58,219 nt of DNA. Origin: Leptolyngbyaceae cyanobacterium (GTDB lineage Bacteria; Cyanobacteriota; Cyanobacteriia; Leptolyngbyales; Leptolyngbyaceae). Below the pieces are notes generated by a model, which saw nothing but the letters and a program-made list of their open reading frames with translations, did no database searches and had not been told where the DNA came from. Numbering within the stretch: position 1 is the stretch's first letter; every line of letters starts with the position of its first letter. The position numbers and the translations under genes are program-made. The stretch spans positions 1 to 58,219 of the forward strand of contig JBGTAZ010000355.1 of assembly GCA_041749615.1 (NCBI GenBank), in the 5' to 3' direction. Positions 38,347 to 49,736 of the stretch are shown piece after piece.

Positions 38347-39552
38347 TCACTTACGTTTGGCATCTAAAGCAAAATTGGATAAAGCGTGATTGACTGCAAC
38401 TCGTGGCAACCGATGTTTGAAGCTGCACAGAATTTCCCAGGAAATGGTGCCCAGAGTTTGCGCCCAATCCTCTGCCGAAATAGATTCTTTGCCGTCTTGC
38501 CCTAAGATTGTGACGACATCGCCTTCTTGCAGATTGGGCAATTGGCTTACGTCTAGCATCAGTTGATCCATGGTTATGGCTCCAATTTGGGGCACAAGTT
38601 GCCCTTGAACGATCACGCTCATTTGGTTTGATAAATTGCGCGGAATGCCATCGGCATAGCCAATCCCAACCACCGCGATCGCCCGTTCGCGATCGGCAAT
38701 AAACCGATGCCCATAGCTCACCCCGGTTCCTGCCTCAATGGTTTTTAGCTGGGTAATGCGCGCCTTCACTTGCAGCACAGGTTTGAGCGCCAAGACCGAT
38801 TTCAGGTGAGCAGCGGGATACAGTCCATAGAGCGCTAGCCCAACCCGCACCATGTCGTAATGCAGCTTGGCATCGGTTAAAGTGCCAGCGGAGTTTGCCA
38901 GGTGGAGTTTGGGCGGAGTAATGCCTGCGGCTTGAATCTGGGCGATCGCGGTTTCAAATCGCTGTTGCTGCTGATTCACCACCGTTCGATCTAGGCTTTC
39001 CGCCGTTGCCAAATGGGAATAGATGCTGGCGATCGCCAAGTTCGGCAACCGATCGACCAATTGAGCAAACTCCGTCGCTGCCTGCCAATCAGTGCCCAAA
39101 CGCGACATGCCCGTATCGAGCTTGAGATGAACGGGTAATGGCGAGGCGTTGGGCAAGTTTGCGATCGTTTCGGCAAACACCAGCGCTTGTTTCGGGGTGC
39201 AGAGGGTCGGCTGCAAATTCCACCAGGCGATCGCGCGAATTTGCTCCGGCATATAGGTTGCGCCCAAAATCAAAATCGGTGCCTGAATGCCCGACTCGCG
39301 CAGTTCAATCCCTTCAGGAATAGTTGCCACACCCAACCAGGTTGCCCCCGATTGCAGGGCGGCTTGGGCGATCGCGATGGAGCCGTGCCCATAGGCATCG
39401 GCTTTGACCACCGCCATGAATGCAGTCTGCTTTTGCAGCAGGCGCTTGATTTGGGTGACGTTATGGGCGATCGCTGCCAAATCAATTTCCACCCAGGCTC
39501 GTTCTCGCTGCATCTGCACCACACTTGAACAACGTTGCTCCCAACTCAGCAT
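38347..39552 (-). CDS. alr: Alanine racemase
   Basis: AVVKADAYGHG (PLP Lys), HLKLDTGMSRLG, YSHLA, HLANSA, GVSYG, IGYADG, ITMDQ. Confidence 0.96.
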   Translation of the reverse strand: MLSWEQRCSSVVQMQRERAWVEIDLAAIAHNVTQIKRLLQKQTAFMAVVKADAYGHGSIAIAQAALQSGATWLGVATIPEGIELRESGIQAPILILGATYMPEQIRAIAWWNLQPTLCTPKQALVFAETIANLPNASPLPVHLKLDTGMSRLGTDWQAATEFAQLVDRLPNLAIASIYSHLATAESLDRTVVNQQQQRFETAIAQIQAAGITPPKLHLANSAGTLTDAKLHYDMVRVGLALYGLYPAAHLKSVLALKPVLQVKARITQLKTIEAGTGVSYGHRFIADRERAIAVVGIGYADGIPRNLSNQMSVIVQGQLVPQIGAITMDQLMLDVSQLPNLQEGDVVTILGQDGKESISAEDWAQTLGTISWEILCSFKHRLPRVAVNHALSNFALDAKRK

Positions 39553-39723
39553 GTCTTCCTCCTGATTCACACCCAATTCAATCGGCTGAATTAATCTATT
39601 CAAAGCAGGATAGATGTCCTTTGAAAATAGGTCAATCAGCCAGGTTCAGCCCCTCAGTAATTTCCCACCCTTCAGTCTAGCTGTGTTAAAATTCTTGACA
39701 ACCTTCCTAGCAACTGAATCCTG

Positions 39724-40221
39724 ATGAGTAAGGTTCTGGTGCTTAACGCTTCTTACGAACCGCTGAACATTACGACTTGGCGCAGGGCGGTCGTGCTATT
39801 GCTGAAAGGCAAAGCGGAGCAAGTTGAACATAATGGCAAGTATATTTACTCCGGCTTTCCACTGCCTACAGTGATCCGGCTGCGTCATTATGTGCGTGTG
39901 CCCTACAAAGAAATTCCGCTCACACGCAAGAATTTACTGCATCGGGACGGATACTCTTGTCAGTATTGCAGCTATACCGGCGATAACCTCACGTTGGATC
40001 ATGTGATCCCGCGATCGCGCGGGGGCAAGGATACCTGGGAGAACATTGTGACGGCGTGTGTGCGTTGCAATGTTAAAAAAGGCAGCCGCACTCCGAAAGA
40101 GGCAGATATGCCGCTCAATATTGTGCCCCAAAAACCCTACAGTGGTCTTTATTTTGAAGTGACTAAGCATGTCAAAAATGGCTTAAATCAGGAGTGGCGT
40201 AAATATGTGATTGGACTGTGA
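39724..40221 (+). CDS. HNH endonuclease (conserved cyanobacterial type)
   Basis: VLVLNASYEPL, RDGYSCQYC, LTLDHVIPRSRGG, WENIVTACVRCNVKKG. Confidence 0.93.
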   Translation: MSKVLVLNASYEPLNITTWRRAVVLLLKGKAEQVEHNGKYIYSGFPLPTVIRLRHYVRVPYKEIPLTRKNLLHRDGYSCQYCSYTGDNLTLDHVIPRSRGGKDTWENIVTACVRCNVKKGSRTPKEADMPLNIVPQKPYSGLYFEVTKHVKNGLNQEWRKYVIGL

Positions 40222-40539
40222 CCGATGATATCAGAGTGAAAGCTGTTTTAAGGGGTTCTTTTTTTGAAACGATCGCCGCCATTCATCCGTTTCACAGGTC
40301 TACCCAGAGGTCGCGATCGACCTAGCGTTGCGCTCAAGATTGCACTAAAGATTCATGGTGTTTCCATGCTTTTTTTGCGAAGATCAAAGAACTCAATCAA
40401 ACCTGATATTTTTAGCCCTATTTTTAGCTCATTTACGTGGATTCACCGTCAGTGAATTCAACTCCTTTACCGCAACGACTGTAGTGTCATCTCTCATTGC
40501 TACGGTCTCCCCATCCTTTACATAAAGCAACCTAACTCC

Positions 40540-41829
40540 GTGACCATTCGCAATATTACCTCTAAGAGTGTCCTGACTCCAGCAGAAGATGCTCAACCCA
40601 TGACTCAGCCGGCTCCCATTGATCCTGATCCGGTTGAGCCGCTGCTCAAATCGCTGCACGATTCGCCGACTTATCGATCGCAACCGTTTTCCTACGATAC
40701 GCCGCGATCGCGAGAGCAACTTCAGAAAGTGGAAGCGCTGCAAAAATCGCTAGAACGCCATCAGGGAGAGCGTCAGTTAATTGTGCTGCAAGATTTTCCC
40801 GATCCCGATGCGCTGTCTTCTGCCTGGACTTACAAACTGATCGCCCAGAAATATGACATTCAGTGCGATATGGTCTACGCCGGAACCTTAAGCCATCAAG
40901 AAAATATTGCCCTCGTCAAATTAACCAGCCTGCCCGTACAACGCTGGGCATTACCCACTGTCAAAAACCGTAATCTGGCAGCGTATCAAGGGTGCGTCTT
41001 CATCGACAATCAGGGCACCACCAGCCAATTAACGCCGTCTTTAGCCGAGGCAGGCATCCCCATTGTGGTCGTGATTGATCATCACAGCCCTCAGGGTGAT
41101 CTCAAGGCAGAGTTTATTGATATCCGCCCTTACACCCGTGCCACTGCCACGATTGTGACGCAATATCTACAAGCGGGTTTGCTAAAACTAGATAACAACT
41201 CCAGCGAACACGTGAAGTGTGCGACGGCGTTAATGCACGGGCTGCGATCGGATACCAATGCCCTCCGGCAAGCTCAAGAAGAAGATTTTTTGGCGGCAGC
41301 ATATTTAAGTCGGTTTTATGATGCTCAATTGTTGAATGCGGTGTTGCAGTCTTCCCGCTCGAAGCAAGTGATGGATGTGATTGAGCGATCGCTGAAAAAT
41401 CGCATCGTTCAAAACAACTTTTCCATTGCGGGGGTGGGCTATTTGCGCTATGACGATCGCGATGCCATTCCCCAAGCGGCAGACTTTTTAGTCACAGAAG
41501 AAAACGTGCATACCGCAGTTGTGTATGGCATTGTCCACGATGAAGACGAAGACCTTGAACTGGTCATTGGCTCCCTTCGCACCAATAAAATTACCCTTGA
41601 TCCCGATGAGTTTTTGAAAGAAGCCTTTGGCTATGATTCTCAGGGGCGCTTCTTTGGCGGTGGGCGATCGCAAGCAGGCGGCTTTGAAATTCCCTTGGGC
41701 TTCTTGTCTGGCTTTGCCGAAAGTGCCGACTACGCAAAAATGAAGTGGATGGTATTTGATACTCAAGTCAAACAAAAACTGTTGCGGCTGATTAATCCCG
41801 ATCAACACTATCGCAATGGAATGAGCTAG
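40540..41829 (+). CDS. DHH-family phosphoesterase (NrnA/oligoribonuclease-like)
   Basis: FPDPDAL, LSHQEN, IDHH, GLRSDT, GGGR motifs. Start uncertain. Confidence 0.9.
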   Translation: MTIRNITSKSVLTPAEDAQPMTQPAPIDPDPVEPLLKSLHDSPTYRSQPFSYDTPRSREQLQKVEALQKSLERHQGERQLIVLQDFPDPDALSSAWTYKLIAQKYDIQCDMVYAGTLSHQENIALVKLTSLPVQRWALPTVKNRNLAAYQGCVFIDNQGTTSQLTPSLAEAGIPIVVVIDHHSPQGDLKAEFIDIRPYTRATATIVTQYLQAGLLKLDNNSSEHVKCATALMHGLRSDTNALRQAQEEDFLAAAYLSRFYDAQLLNAVLQSSRSKQVMDVIERSLKNRIVQNNFSIAGVGYLRYDDRDAIPQAADFLVTEENVHTAVVYGIVHDEDEDLELVIGSLRTNKITLDPDEFLKEAFGYDSQGRFFGGGRSQAGGFEIPLGFLSGFAESADYAKMKWMVFDTQVKQKLLRLINPDQHYRNGMS

Positions 41830-41847
41830 GGATTATTAGTAAACACA

Positions 41848-42342
41848 ATGATTGAACTCTATTTAATTCGGCATGGGTTGGCAGGCGAATTTGGCACCTA
41901 TACCAATGATGATGAACGTCCGCTGACGGAAGACGGCAAAAAGAAGACTCGCTTGGTTGCCAAACGCCTGATGGATTTGGGGTTGCAGTTCGATTTGATC
42001 CTGACTAGCCCGCTCACACGCGCTAGACAAACCGCCGATATTTTGGTAGAAACTGGCTTAGGCACCCAATCGCAAGACGCAAATTATTTGGCTTCTGGAA
42101 CCATTACCCCGTGGTTAGATTGGCTGGAAGCTTGGACACCGGGCAATCACGAGCGCTTAGCACTGGTTGGGCATGAACCGAGCCTTAGCACTTGGGCAGA
42201 GCTATTAGCCTGGGGGGAAGTGAAAGGCGCAGTTGAACTTAAAAAAGCAGGAGTCATTGGTCTTTGCTTACCTGAAACCGGCTCTCCGATTGGGCGCAGC
42301 ACTCTGTTTTGGCTCACGCCACCTCGGTTTCTGCTGGGCTAG
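41848..42342 (+). CDS. sixA: Phosphohistidine phosphatase SixA
   Basis: LYLIRHG, RPLTEDG, LTSPLTRARQTA, LVGHEP. Confidence 0.93.
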   Translation: MIELYLIRHGLAGEFGTYTNDDERPLTEDGKKKTRLVAKRLMDLGLQFDLILTSPLTRARQTADILVETGLGTQSQDANYLASGTITPWLDWLEAWTPGNHERLALVGHEPSLSTWAELLAWGEVKGAVELKKAGVIGLCLPETGSPIGRSTLFWLTPPRFLLG

Positions 42343-42354
42343 CCGCAACTAGGC

Positions 42355-43308
42355 TCAGGGAACCTGCTCGTTGCCCAACCAAGAAGCCACCAAATCTGAT
42401 TGGGTTTTTACCGCAAACACTTTGGTGGCGTGATAGCTGATTTTTTCTCGCAGGCGGTAGATTTGTTTGATATTCAAGTTCAAGGCTTTGGCGATCGCTT
42501 CTTGGGATTGCCCCTGTAAATACAGCCTGAGCCACGCGATCGCGTTGGGGTCTACCTGCTTTTCTAGCAAATAGGCTTCAAATCTGCACTGAACCGCATT
42601 GCGGGTTTCTTGCTGCTCTTGCAGGGCTTGAGCTTCTTGATATTCGGCAACGGCACGGGAATCGAGCAAACTCACCGAGCCTTCGGCTTCATCGGGGGCA
42701 ATCTCGTGAGACACGAGCCGAATAAAATCATTGGCTGGAACTTGAGTCATGCCGCCTTTTTGGGTGCGTCGCAGATAGTTAACGAAGCGATAGCAGAGCA
42801 GCGGTTGGTTGCGAATCGGGCGCAGACAATATTCTTCGACGCTGGCTAGCAGCAAAGCATTTCTCAGTCGCAAGTCCTTGGTGCATTGAGCAATCCAGGT
42901 GGCTTGCTGTTGCATATAGCGATCGCTTTGCAGCAATTCTTGGATGACTTCCTCCAGCACGTCTACCACACTGCGCTGGCGATCGCGAGAAAGCGCAATC
43001 CAAGTGCGAATTTTGTTGCGAATCAGGAATAGATTGCTGAGGCGTTGAATCAGTCCTTTATACGCTCTCACGGGTGAAGCATCAAGATACCGCTGCCGTA
43101 AAATGCGATAGCGATAGTCCATCGCTTGGTCTAAAATTTGCCGTTGGGTTGGAGTCAGGTCATTTAAACGAGAGGGATTTTCTCCAATTAGCCAATCGGC
43201 AATACTGTCGCGATTGGTAGAGTTTTGTTCGGGTAACTCTGCCTCCAATCGCGATCGCCATGTCTCTAGAAATTCTTCAGCGAGTGTCATTTCGTCAGCT
43301 AACATCAT
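42355..43308 (-). CDS. HetZ-related protein 2 (HTH-containing cyanobacterial regulator)
   Basis: YRYRILRQRYL, RNKIRTWIALSRDRQR, EEYCLRPIRNQPLL.YRFVNYLRR, WLRLYLQGQSQEAIA...IYRLREKISYH. Confidence 0.78.
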   Translation of the reverse strand: MMLADEMTLAEEFLETWRSRLEAELPEQNSTNRDSIADWLIGENPSRLNDLTPTQRQILDQAMDYRYRILRQRYLDASPVRAYKGLIQRLSNLFLIRNKIRTWIALSRDRQRSVVDVLEEVIQELLQSDRYMQQQATWIAQCTKDLRLRNALLLASVEEYCLRPIRNQPLLCYRFVNYLRRTQKGGMTQVPANDFIRLVSHEIAPDEAEGSVSLLDSRAVAEYQEAQALQEQQETRNAVQCRFEAYLLEKQVDPNAIAWLRLYLQGQSQEAIAKALNLNIKQIYRLREKISYHATKVFAVKTQSDLVASWLGNEQVP

Positions 43309-43659
43309 AACGTTGCTGTCCTTCGGTTCTAATTTACCCTCGTTATAGAGTTTGCCCTACAATCCCTATCCAACACACTCACCCGCACGGGTAAAATTAA
43401 GGCTTGAACGATAGAAAGAACCGTGAACAGCACTATTGGCTAATCTGGACAGATTATTTATCCGGTAGGTTTAGCCGATGAAAGATAAACCCAAATTGCA
43501 TTGTACTAACATACTCGACTTCCTGATTAAACGTTGCTCGCTTTAAAGTTACTAGCTTTAAAGTGCCTAAGCTACATAACGAGTTAATGGAGATTTAGCA
43601 GTGTGAATTTTTAAACCAGGGCGATCGCTCCTGTTACAAAGCGATCGCTCCTCTTGAGC

Positions 43660-45045
<1,386 letters not shown>

Positions 45046-45052
45046 CTAAATA

Positions 45053-45132
45053 ACAGCTTCCCTCCGCCGGTATAACCCGGTCTCAGGTTCTCAGGGTGTA
45101 TTCTCAGCCTGAAAACTCAGGCACCCCTAGCT
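45053..45132 (-). promoter_or_regulatory. TPP riboswitch
   Basis: Minus strand ctaggggtgcc...ggctgagaatacaccctgagaacctgagaccgggttataccggcggagggaagctg immediately upstream of thiC. Confidence 0.93.
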
Positions 45133-45246
45133 TTAATGGCTTAAAGCATAGCATTTCATATTTAGACGAACAGCCAAGATTCCAAAAGGTTGAAGGTTTG
45201 CGCCAAATTTTGGTTTTCTAGCCCAAATCAGACGCTAAATTACATT

Positions 45247-45693
45247 CTACTGAGGGACTGCTAAACGATATTCTGCAACTACTTCATCGATGGTTGGGTT
45301 TGCTTTGCCCTTAGCGTTGATAAACACAACGGGGGAATCGCCCTGCATGAGGTTATCCATCTGATCCATCGCGGTAAAAATGTCATCGGTTGAGTCAGAA
45401 TTCATCGAAATGGATTCGGTTCGGCGGTAGGGAATGTTGAGCTTTGCCAAACTGATGGCTAAGGTTCGCGCCCGAATTCCTTCAGGACGATCGCATTCGG
45501 GACCGACAATCAATACTTCGTTGGCGATCGCGCCATCGGGCATCGCTGCCTTCACAAAGCCTGTCTGGTTTGCCGTTTGGCGTGCGGTTACCGTGCGGCT
45601 GGTGGATTTGGCATATACCACTGCACCGATGATGGCAGCCTGTGCCGCGATCGCTAGCCCAATCAGTACCGAAATTTGAGTTGATCCTTTCAT
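45247..45693 (-). CDS. Hypothetical exported or membrane-anchored protein
   Basis: N-terminal hydrophobic helix; GFVKAAMPDG, VLIVGPEC, PVVFINAKGKANPTIDEVVAEY. Confidence 0.7.
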   Translation of the reverse strand: MKGSTQISVLIGLAIAAQAAIIGAVVYAKSTSRTVTARQTANQTGFVKAAMPDGAIANEVLIVGPECDRPEGIRARTLAISLAKLNIPYRRTESISMNSDSTDDIFTAMDQMDNLMQGDSPVVFINAKGKANPTIDEVVAEYRLAVPQ

Positions 45694-45956
45694 ACTACTT
45701 CTGATGGAAACAACGTGGTTCTATGCTACCTAGCGCCAAGACATAAAAGGGCGATCGTAGTCACAGTTCTTTCTTCAACCAGAATCACGCAGTATCCTGA
45801 ATCATCACTCTATCTTCATCTAAATCAGGCTCTTGAACCGATGCGATTCCTGGAACCTATAAAAAACGATGGGTACATGCTTGCGATGATAGACAATATC
45901 GAATGGTTTGTATCGTCTCAAACGGAGAAAAGCGCATGTATGAGAGGCGATCGGAT

Positions 45957-47570
45957 ATGGAGTGGGTCATAGCGCAACAGCCTTCTTTGGGCAGCAATCT
46001 TGCTACAAACAGCCCAACAGCAGGAAATATTTCTGAACTGGTGATTATCCTGATCATTCTGCTGCTGATTGCCACAGCCGTCGCACTGATCACTCAACGA
46101 CTGCAAATTCCCTATGTCACAGGATTAGTTCTGGCAGGGCTGCCCATTACGGAGGTTTTGTCACGGCGAATTGGGTTAGACCCATCCTTAGTCTTAAATC
46201 TTTTCTTACCCATTCTGATTTTTGAAGCCGCGATCAACACGGATATCAGCCGTCTCCGCAGCACTGTTAAGCCGATCGCGCTTTTGGCAGGTCCAGGCTC
46301 TATCTTTTCCTCCGCAATCATTGCGGTTCTGGTTAAATTTGGGCTGGGACTACCCTGGATTCCGGCGTTTTTGATTGGAGTGATTCTGGCAAACACCGAC
46401 ACCGTCTCGATGATCGCGGTTTTTAAGGACATCCGAGTACCTTCTCGCTTGTCCACTATTGTTGAAGGAGAAACTCTGTTTAATGATGCGGCTGCCCTCG
46501 TTTTATTCAATTTAGTTCTAGTCGTTTACGCTACGGGGTCTCTCACCGCTGTACAAGGCGTAAAGGAATTGCTCGTGGTCGCCTTGGGTGGGGCGATCGT
46601 GGGGGTTGTCTTAGGCTACTTGAGCCTGCCAATATTTGTTCGACTCAATGATCCGTTGAGCAGTCTCTTGTTAACCGTTGCCTTGGCGTTAGGCACGTTT
46701 CAGATCGGGCAATTTTTGGGAGTATCGGGTGCGGTAGCGGTCGTGATCACGGGGCTGATTTTTGGCAATCTTGGGCTATCTCGCAGTTCGTCTGCCTCGG
46801 ATCGAATTACTTTGTTGAGTTTTTGGGAATACGCTGGTTTTGGGGTGAATACATTCATTTTCCTGCTGATTGGCATCGAAATTAACCCAGCGACCCTATG
46901 GAGGATTCTGCCATCGATTCTGCTCGTGATTGTGGCGTATCAACTGGGACGGATTCTCTCGGTCTATTTGTTGTTAGCGGGACTGCGCTGGTTCGATCAC
47001 CCGATTCCCCTACGCTGGCAGCACGTTCTAGTTTTAGGAAACATCAAAGGTTCACTCTCAATGGCATTGGCGCTCAGTATTCCGCTAACAATGCCAGGAC
47101 GGGACACCATCATTGCGCTGGTTTTCGGTGCCGTTTTATTTTCCCTAGTCGGACAAGGACTAAGCCTACCTTGGCTGGTCAAGCGGCTAAAAATCAGCCG
47201 GGTTTCTGATGCCATGCAGGAAATTGGACAGTTACAGATTCAGTTAATTGGGTCTAAGGCGGCGCAAGATGAACTGGATAGTTTGCTGAAATCAGGGGTG
47301 TTGCCGAAGGCGGTTTATGAGGAGTTGTGGGCATCTTATCAAGCGCGAGTTGCCCAGTCTGAGCGAGTCCTGCGCGATCGCTACAATCAACATCGGGCAG
47401 GTCAATTGGAGGGCGATCGCAGCCAACTAGATGCCATTCGACGGCGGTTATTGCTTGCAGAAAAGGGCGCTGTTAGTGATGCCCTCCGCAAACGCATTGT
47501 CCCAGAAGACTTGGTTCAGCCCTACATCAAGGAGTTGGATGAGAAACTTCTAACGTTGGCAGACGACTAG
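45957..47570 (+). CDS. CPA1-family Na+/H+ antiporter (NhaP/NhaS-like)
   Basis: FLPILIFEAA, ANTDTVS, IVEGETLFNDA, FWEY, GNIKGSLSMAL; C-terminal helical tail. Confidence 0.92.
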   Translation: MEWVIAQQPSLGSNLATNSPTAGNISELVIILIILLLIATAVALITQRLQIPYVTGLVLAGLPITEVLSRRIGLDPSLVLNLFLPILIFEAAINTDISRLRSTVKPIALLAGPGSIFSSAIIAVLVKFGLGLPWIPAFLIGVILANTDTVSMIAVFKDIRVPSRLSTIVEGETLFNDAAALVLFNLVLVVYATGSLTAVQGVKELLVVALGGAIVGVVLGYLSLPIFVRLNDPLSSLLLTVALALGTFQIGQFLGVSGAVAVVITGLIFGNLGLSRSSSASDRITLLSFWEYAGFGVNTFIFLLIGIEINPATLWRILPSILLVIVAYQLGRILSVYLLLAGLRWFDHPIPLRWQHVLVLGNIKGSLSMALALSIPLTMPGRDTIIALVFGAVLFSLVGQGLSLPWLVKRLKISRVSDAMQEIGQLQIQLIGSKAAQDELDSLLKSGVLPKAVYEELWASYQARVAQSERVLRDRYNQHRAGQLEGDRSQLDAIRRRLLLAEKGAVSDALRKRIVPEDLVQPYIKELDEKLLTLADD

Positions 47571-48243
47571 CGTGAATGCCGAGGTAGTCAATCATGGCGT
47601 GAACTAGCTCTGGACGAGTCACAACCAAGATTGTAGAGCCTGCTGCAAGCACCGTATTGCCGTTGGGAATCTCTAAATTGGCGCAGGCATGGCATTGATA
47701 CCCAATAATCAGCGAACCCGTGGGAAAGCGCGGGTCTTGAGCAATGTGGGCAACGGTGCGACCTGCCACATAGCAATCGCCGGTCACAGGCAGTTTTAAG
47801 ACCTCCACTTGTCCTTGCTCAAAATGCATCATTGACTCGACTTGGGGGTATTCGATCGCATTGACCATCGTGGTGACTGCTAAATCTATCGTACTGATGA
47901 TATGGCTGGCTCCAGCAAGACGGTAGGCTTCTAGGAATTCGCGATCGCACATCCTCACCACAATATGGGAAATGCCATAGCTTCTAGACAGGGTGATCAA
48001 TGCCAAATTCAGTGCGTCATCCCTTAGTGCCGCAATCACCGCGTTGGCTTGTCTAATTCCCGCTTCCAGCAAAACCGTTGTGCTAACTGCACTACCCTCA
48101 AATGCCATCACGCCAATTTTTTCACGGGCAAAGCGACAGGCAAGCGGATCTGCATCAATAATGGCGATCGTATGACCCAGGTTTAATAACTGCTGAGCTA
48201 AACCTAGCCCCATCATTCCGGCACCACCAATTAATACGTACAT
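47527..48243 (-). CDS. TrkA/KtrA-family RCK (NAD-binding) regulatory subunit
   Basis: VLIGGAGMMG (Rossmann), GSAVSTTVLLEAGI, DALNL, RCK_C with IPNGNTVL. Confidence 0.9.
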   Translation of the reverse strand: MYVLIGGAGMMGLGLAQQLLNLGHTIAIIDADPLACRFAREKIGVMAFEGSAVSTTVLLEAGIRQANAVIAALRDDALNLALITLSRSYGISHIVVRMCDREFLEAYRLAGASHIISTIDLAVTTMVNAIEYPQVESMMHFEQGQVEVLKLPVTGDCYVAGRTVAHIAQDPRFPTGSLIIGYQCHACANLEIPNGNTVLAAGSTILVVTRPELVHAMIDYLGIHASRLPTLEVSHPTP

Positions 48244-48382
48244 GACTATCTGGCACCTTAAAAACGAACATTACAGACTTATCACGATAGACCTCATTTA
48301 GTCGCTTGGGATTAGTAGTCGCTTGGGATTAGAAGAGGAGTCACGACTGTGCGAAACGGCTGGTTTAGATTCCATAACCACT

Positions 48383-48391
48383 GGGAATACT
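48383..48391 (+). promoter_or_regulatory. Possible SigJ-type promoter element (GGGAATACT)
   Basis: Exact GGGAATACT about 60 nt upstream of the pentapeptide gene; matches the J-box consensus described for Nostoc SigJ. Single short match only. Confidence 0.3.
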
Positions 48392-48450
48392 GAGTAAGCA
48401 ACTTCTGCAAGAACTATGCCTGTTTTATACAGCAATTAGGGGTGAACCAG

Positions 48451-49407
48451 ATGGCAAACGAGGGGCACCTTGCAATGGTGAAGCAAGGAGTGGAAGCATG
48501 GAACGAGTGGTCGCACGATAATCCAAAAATTATTCCCAACCTTGAAGGAGCCAACCTTAAAGCAACAAATTTAAGGGAAATTAACCTTTACAAAGCCGAG
48601 TTGCGCGAGGTCAGCTTTAGTCAAGGCGATCTCAGCATGGCAAACCTGGAGGGAGCCAATTTGGGAACTGCTGTGTTAGAAAGAGCAACACTTTATACAG
48701 CGGTTTTATATCGAGCAAACCTCCGGGAAGCCAACCTCTACAAAGCTGATCTTAGAGAAGCTGACCTCAGCCAAGTTGACCTCACCATGGCAAATCTGCG
48801 GGAGGCAAACTTGTGTACAGCCTTACTGGAAGGAGCGACTTTGTACACTGCAATTTTGCACAAAGCCAATTTATGGGAAGCCAGTCTCTACAAAGCTGAC
48901 CTGCGGGAGGCAGACTTTAGCATGGCAAACTTGCGGGAGGCGAATCTGAGTCTGGCAAACCTGAGCATGGCAAATCTTTGTATGGCGAACCTAGTCGGAG
49001 CCACGCTTTATGCTGCCAACTTGCGCGGAGCAAACCTAAATTTGGCGAACCTTTGCATGTCCAATCTGTTAGGCGCAAGTTTGCATCGGGCAACCTTAGT
49101 TCGCGCTACCCTGATTGGAGCGAACCTCTACAAAGCGAGCTTGGTGGAGGCGAATCTGCGGGAAGCGGATCTGCGGGAAGCGACATTGAGCTTGGCAGAT
49201 TTGACTGATGCCAAGCTCTATTCGGCAAATCTCAGTCGGGCAAATTTGCGAGATGTTAATTTGCAGGGTGCGAATTTGAGTTTAGCCAATCTGACAGAGG
49301 CAAATTTGCACCGCGCCAATTTAAAGGGAGCAAAATTAGAGAGCGCTAATTTGACTGGAGCGTGTTTGAGAGAGGCAATTTTACCCGATGGAACGGTAAA
49401 TGAGTGA
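48451..49407 (+). CDS. Pentapeptide repeat protein
   Basis: MANEGHLAMVKQGVEAWNEW followed by continuous A(N/D)Lxx repeats, ending AILPDG. Confidence 0.93.
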   Translation: MANEGHLAMVKQGVEAWNEWSHDNPKIIPNLEGANLKATNLREINLYKAELREVSFSQGDLSMANLEGANLGTAVLERATLYTAVLYRANLREANLYKADLREADLSQVDLTMANLREANLCTALLEGATLYTAILHKANLWEASLYKADLREADFSMANLREANLSLANLSMANLCMANLVGATLYAANLRGANLNLANLCMSNLLGASLHRATLVRATLIGANLYKASLVEANLREADLREATLSLADLTDAKLYSANLSRANLRDVNLQGANLSLANLTEANLHRANLKGAKLESANLTGACLREAILPDGTVNE

Positions 49408-49451
49408 GGGGCAAATGGCGAATGGGATAAACTGGAACAGCAGATACTATT

Positions 49452-49480
49452 GCGTTAGCGAAGCTCTCCGAAGGAATCGC
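49452..49480 (+). mobile_element. SDR5-like 21-nt element inserted in a HIP1 site
   Basis: GCG + ttagcgaagctctccgaagga (21 nt) + ATCGC. Confidence 0.75.
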
Positions 49481-49736
49481 TCTGGTGCTGCCTGTGATTT
49501 CCAGGTTGTTGGAGTGGGAAGAGATCGCTTTGGGTATGGACGAATTTTGACAGTTGATCGGCGGGATTTCAATGTGTATCGATGGAACGATCTCAATCTG
49601 TTTGAAAATCAGTTGATTCGATAAAGAGATCTCTTTGTCCTATCACTCTTATTTCAGCACAAGACCGCGATTGTCTTGGTGCTACCTGTGATTTTCGGAT
49701 TGTGGGGGTGGAGAGTGGTAGCGATCGCTGTAAATT

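Noticed and set aside
39724-40221. HNH gene as a homing endonuclease or defence nuclease
   Set aside because: Conserved cyanobacterial type, contains HIP1, sits in core context beside alr, and has no intron or methylase nearby.
48451-49407. Pentapeptide repeat gene as a third component of the ATPase/protease system
   Set aside because: Opposite strand, separated by about 330 bp of repeat-containing DNA, and a very common cyanobacterial family; its lack of HIP1 may reflect repeat composition.
49400-49624. 74-aa ORF after the pentapeptide gene
   Set aside because: Runs through the SDR insertion and direct repeat, with no protein-like motifs.
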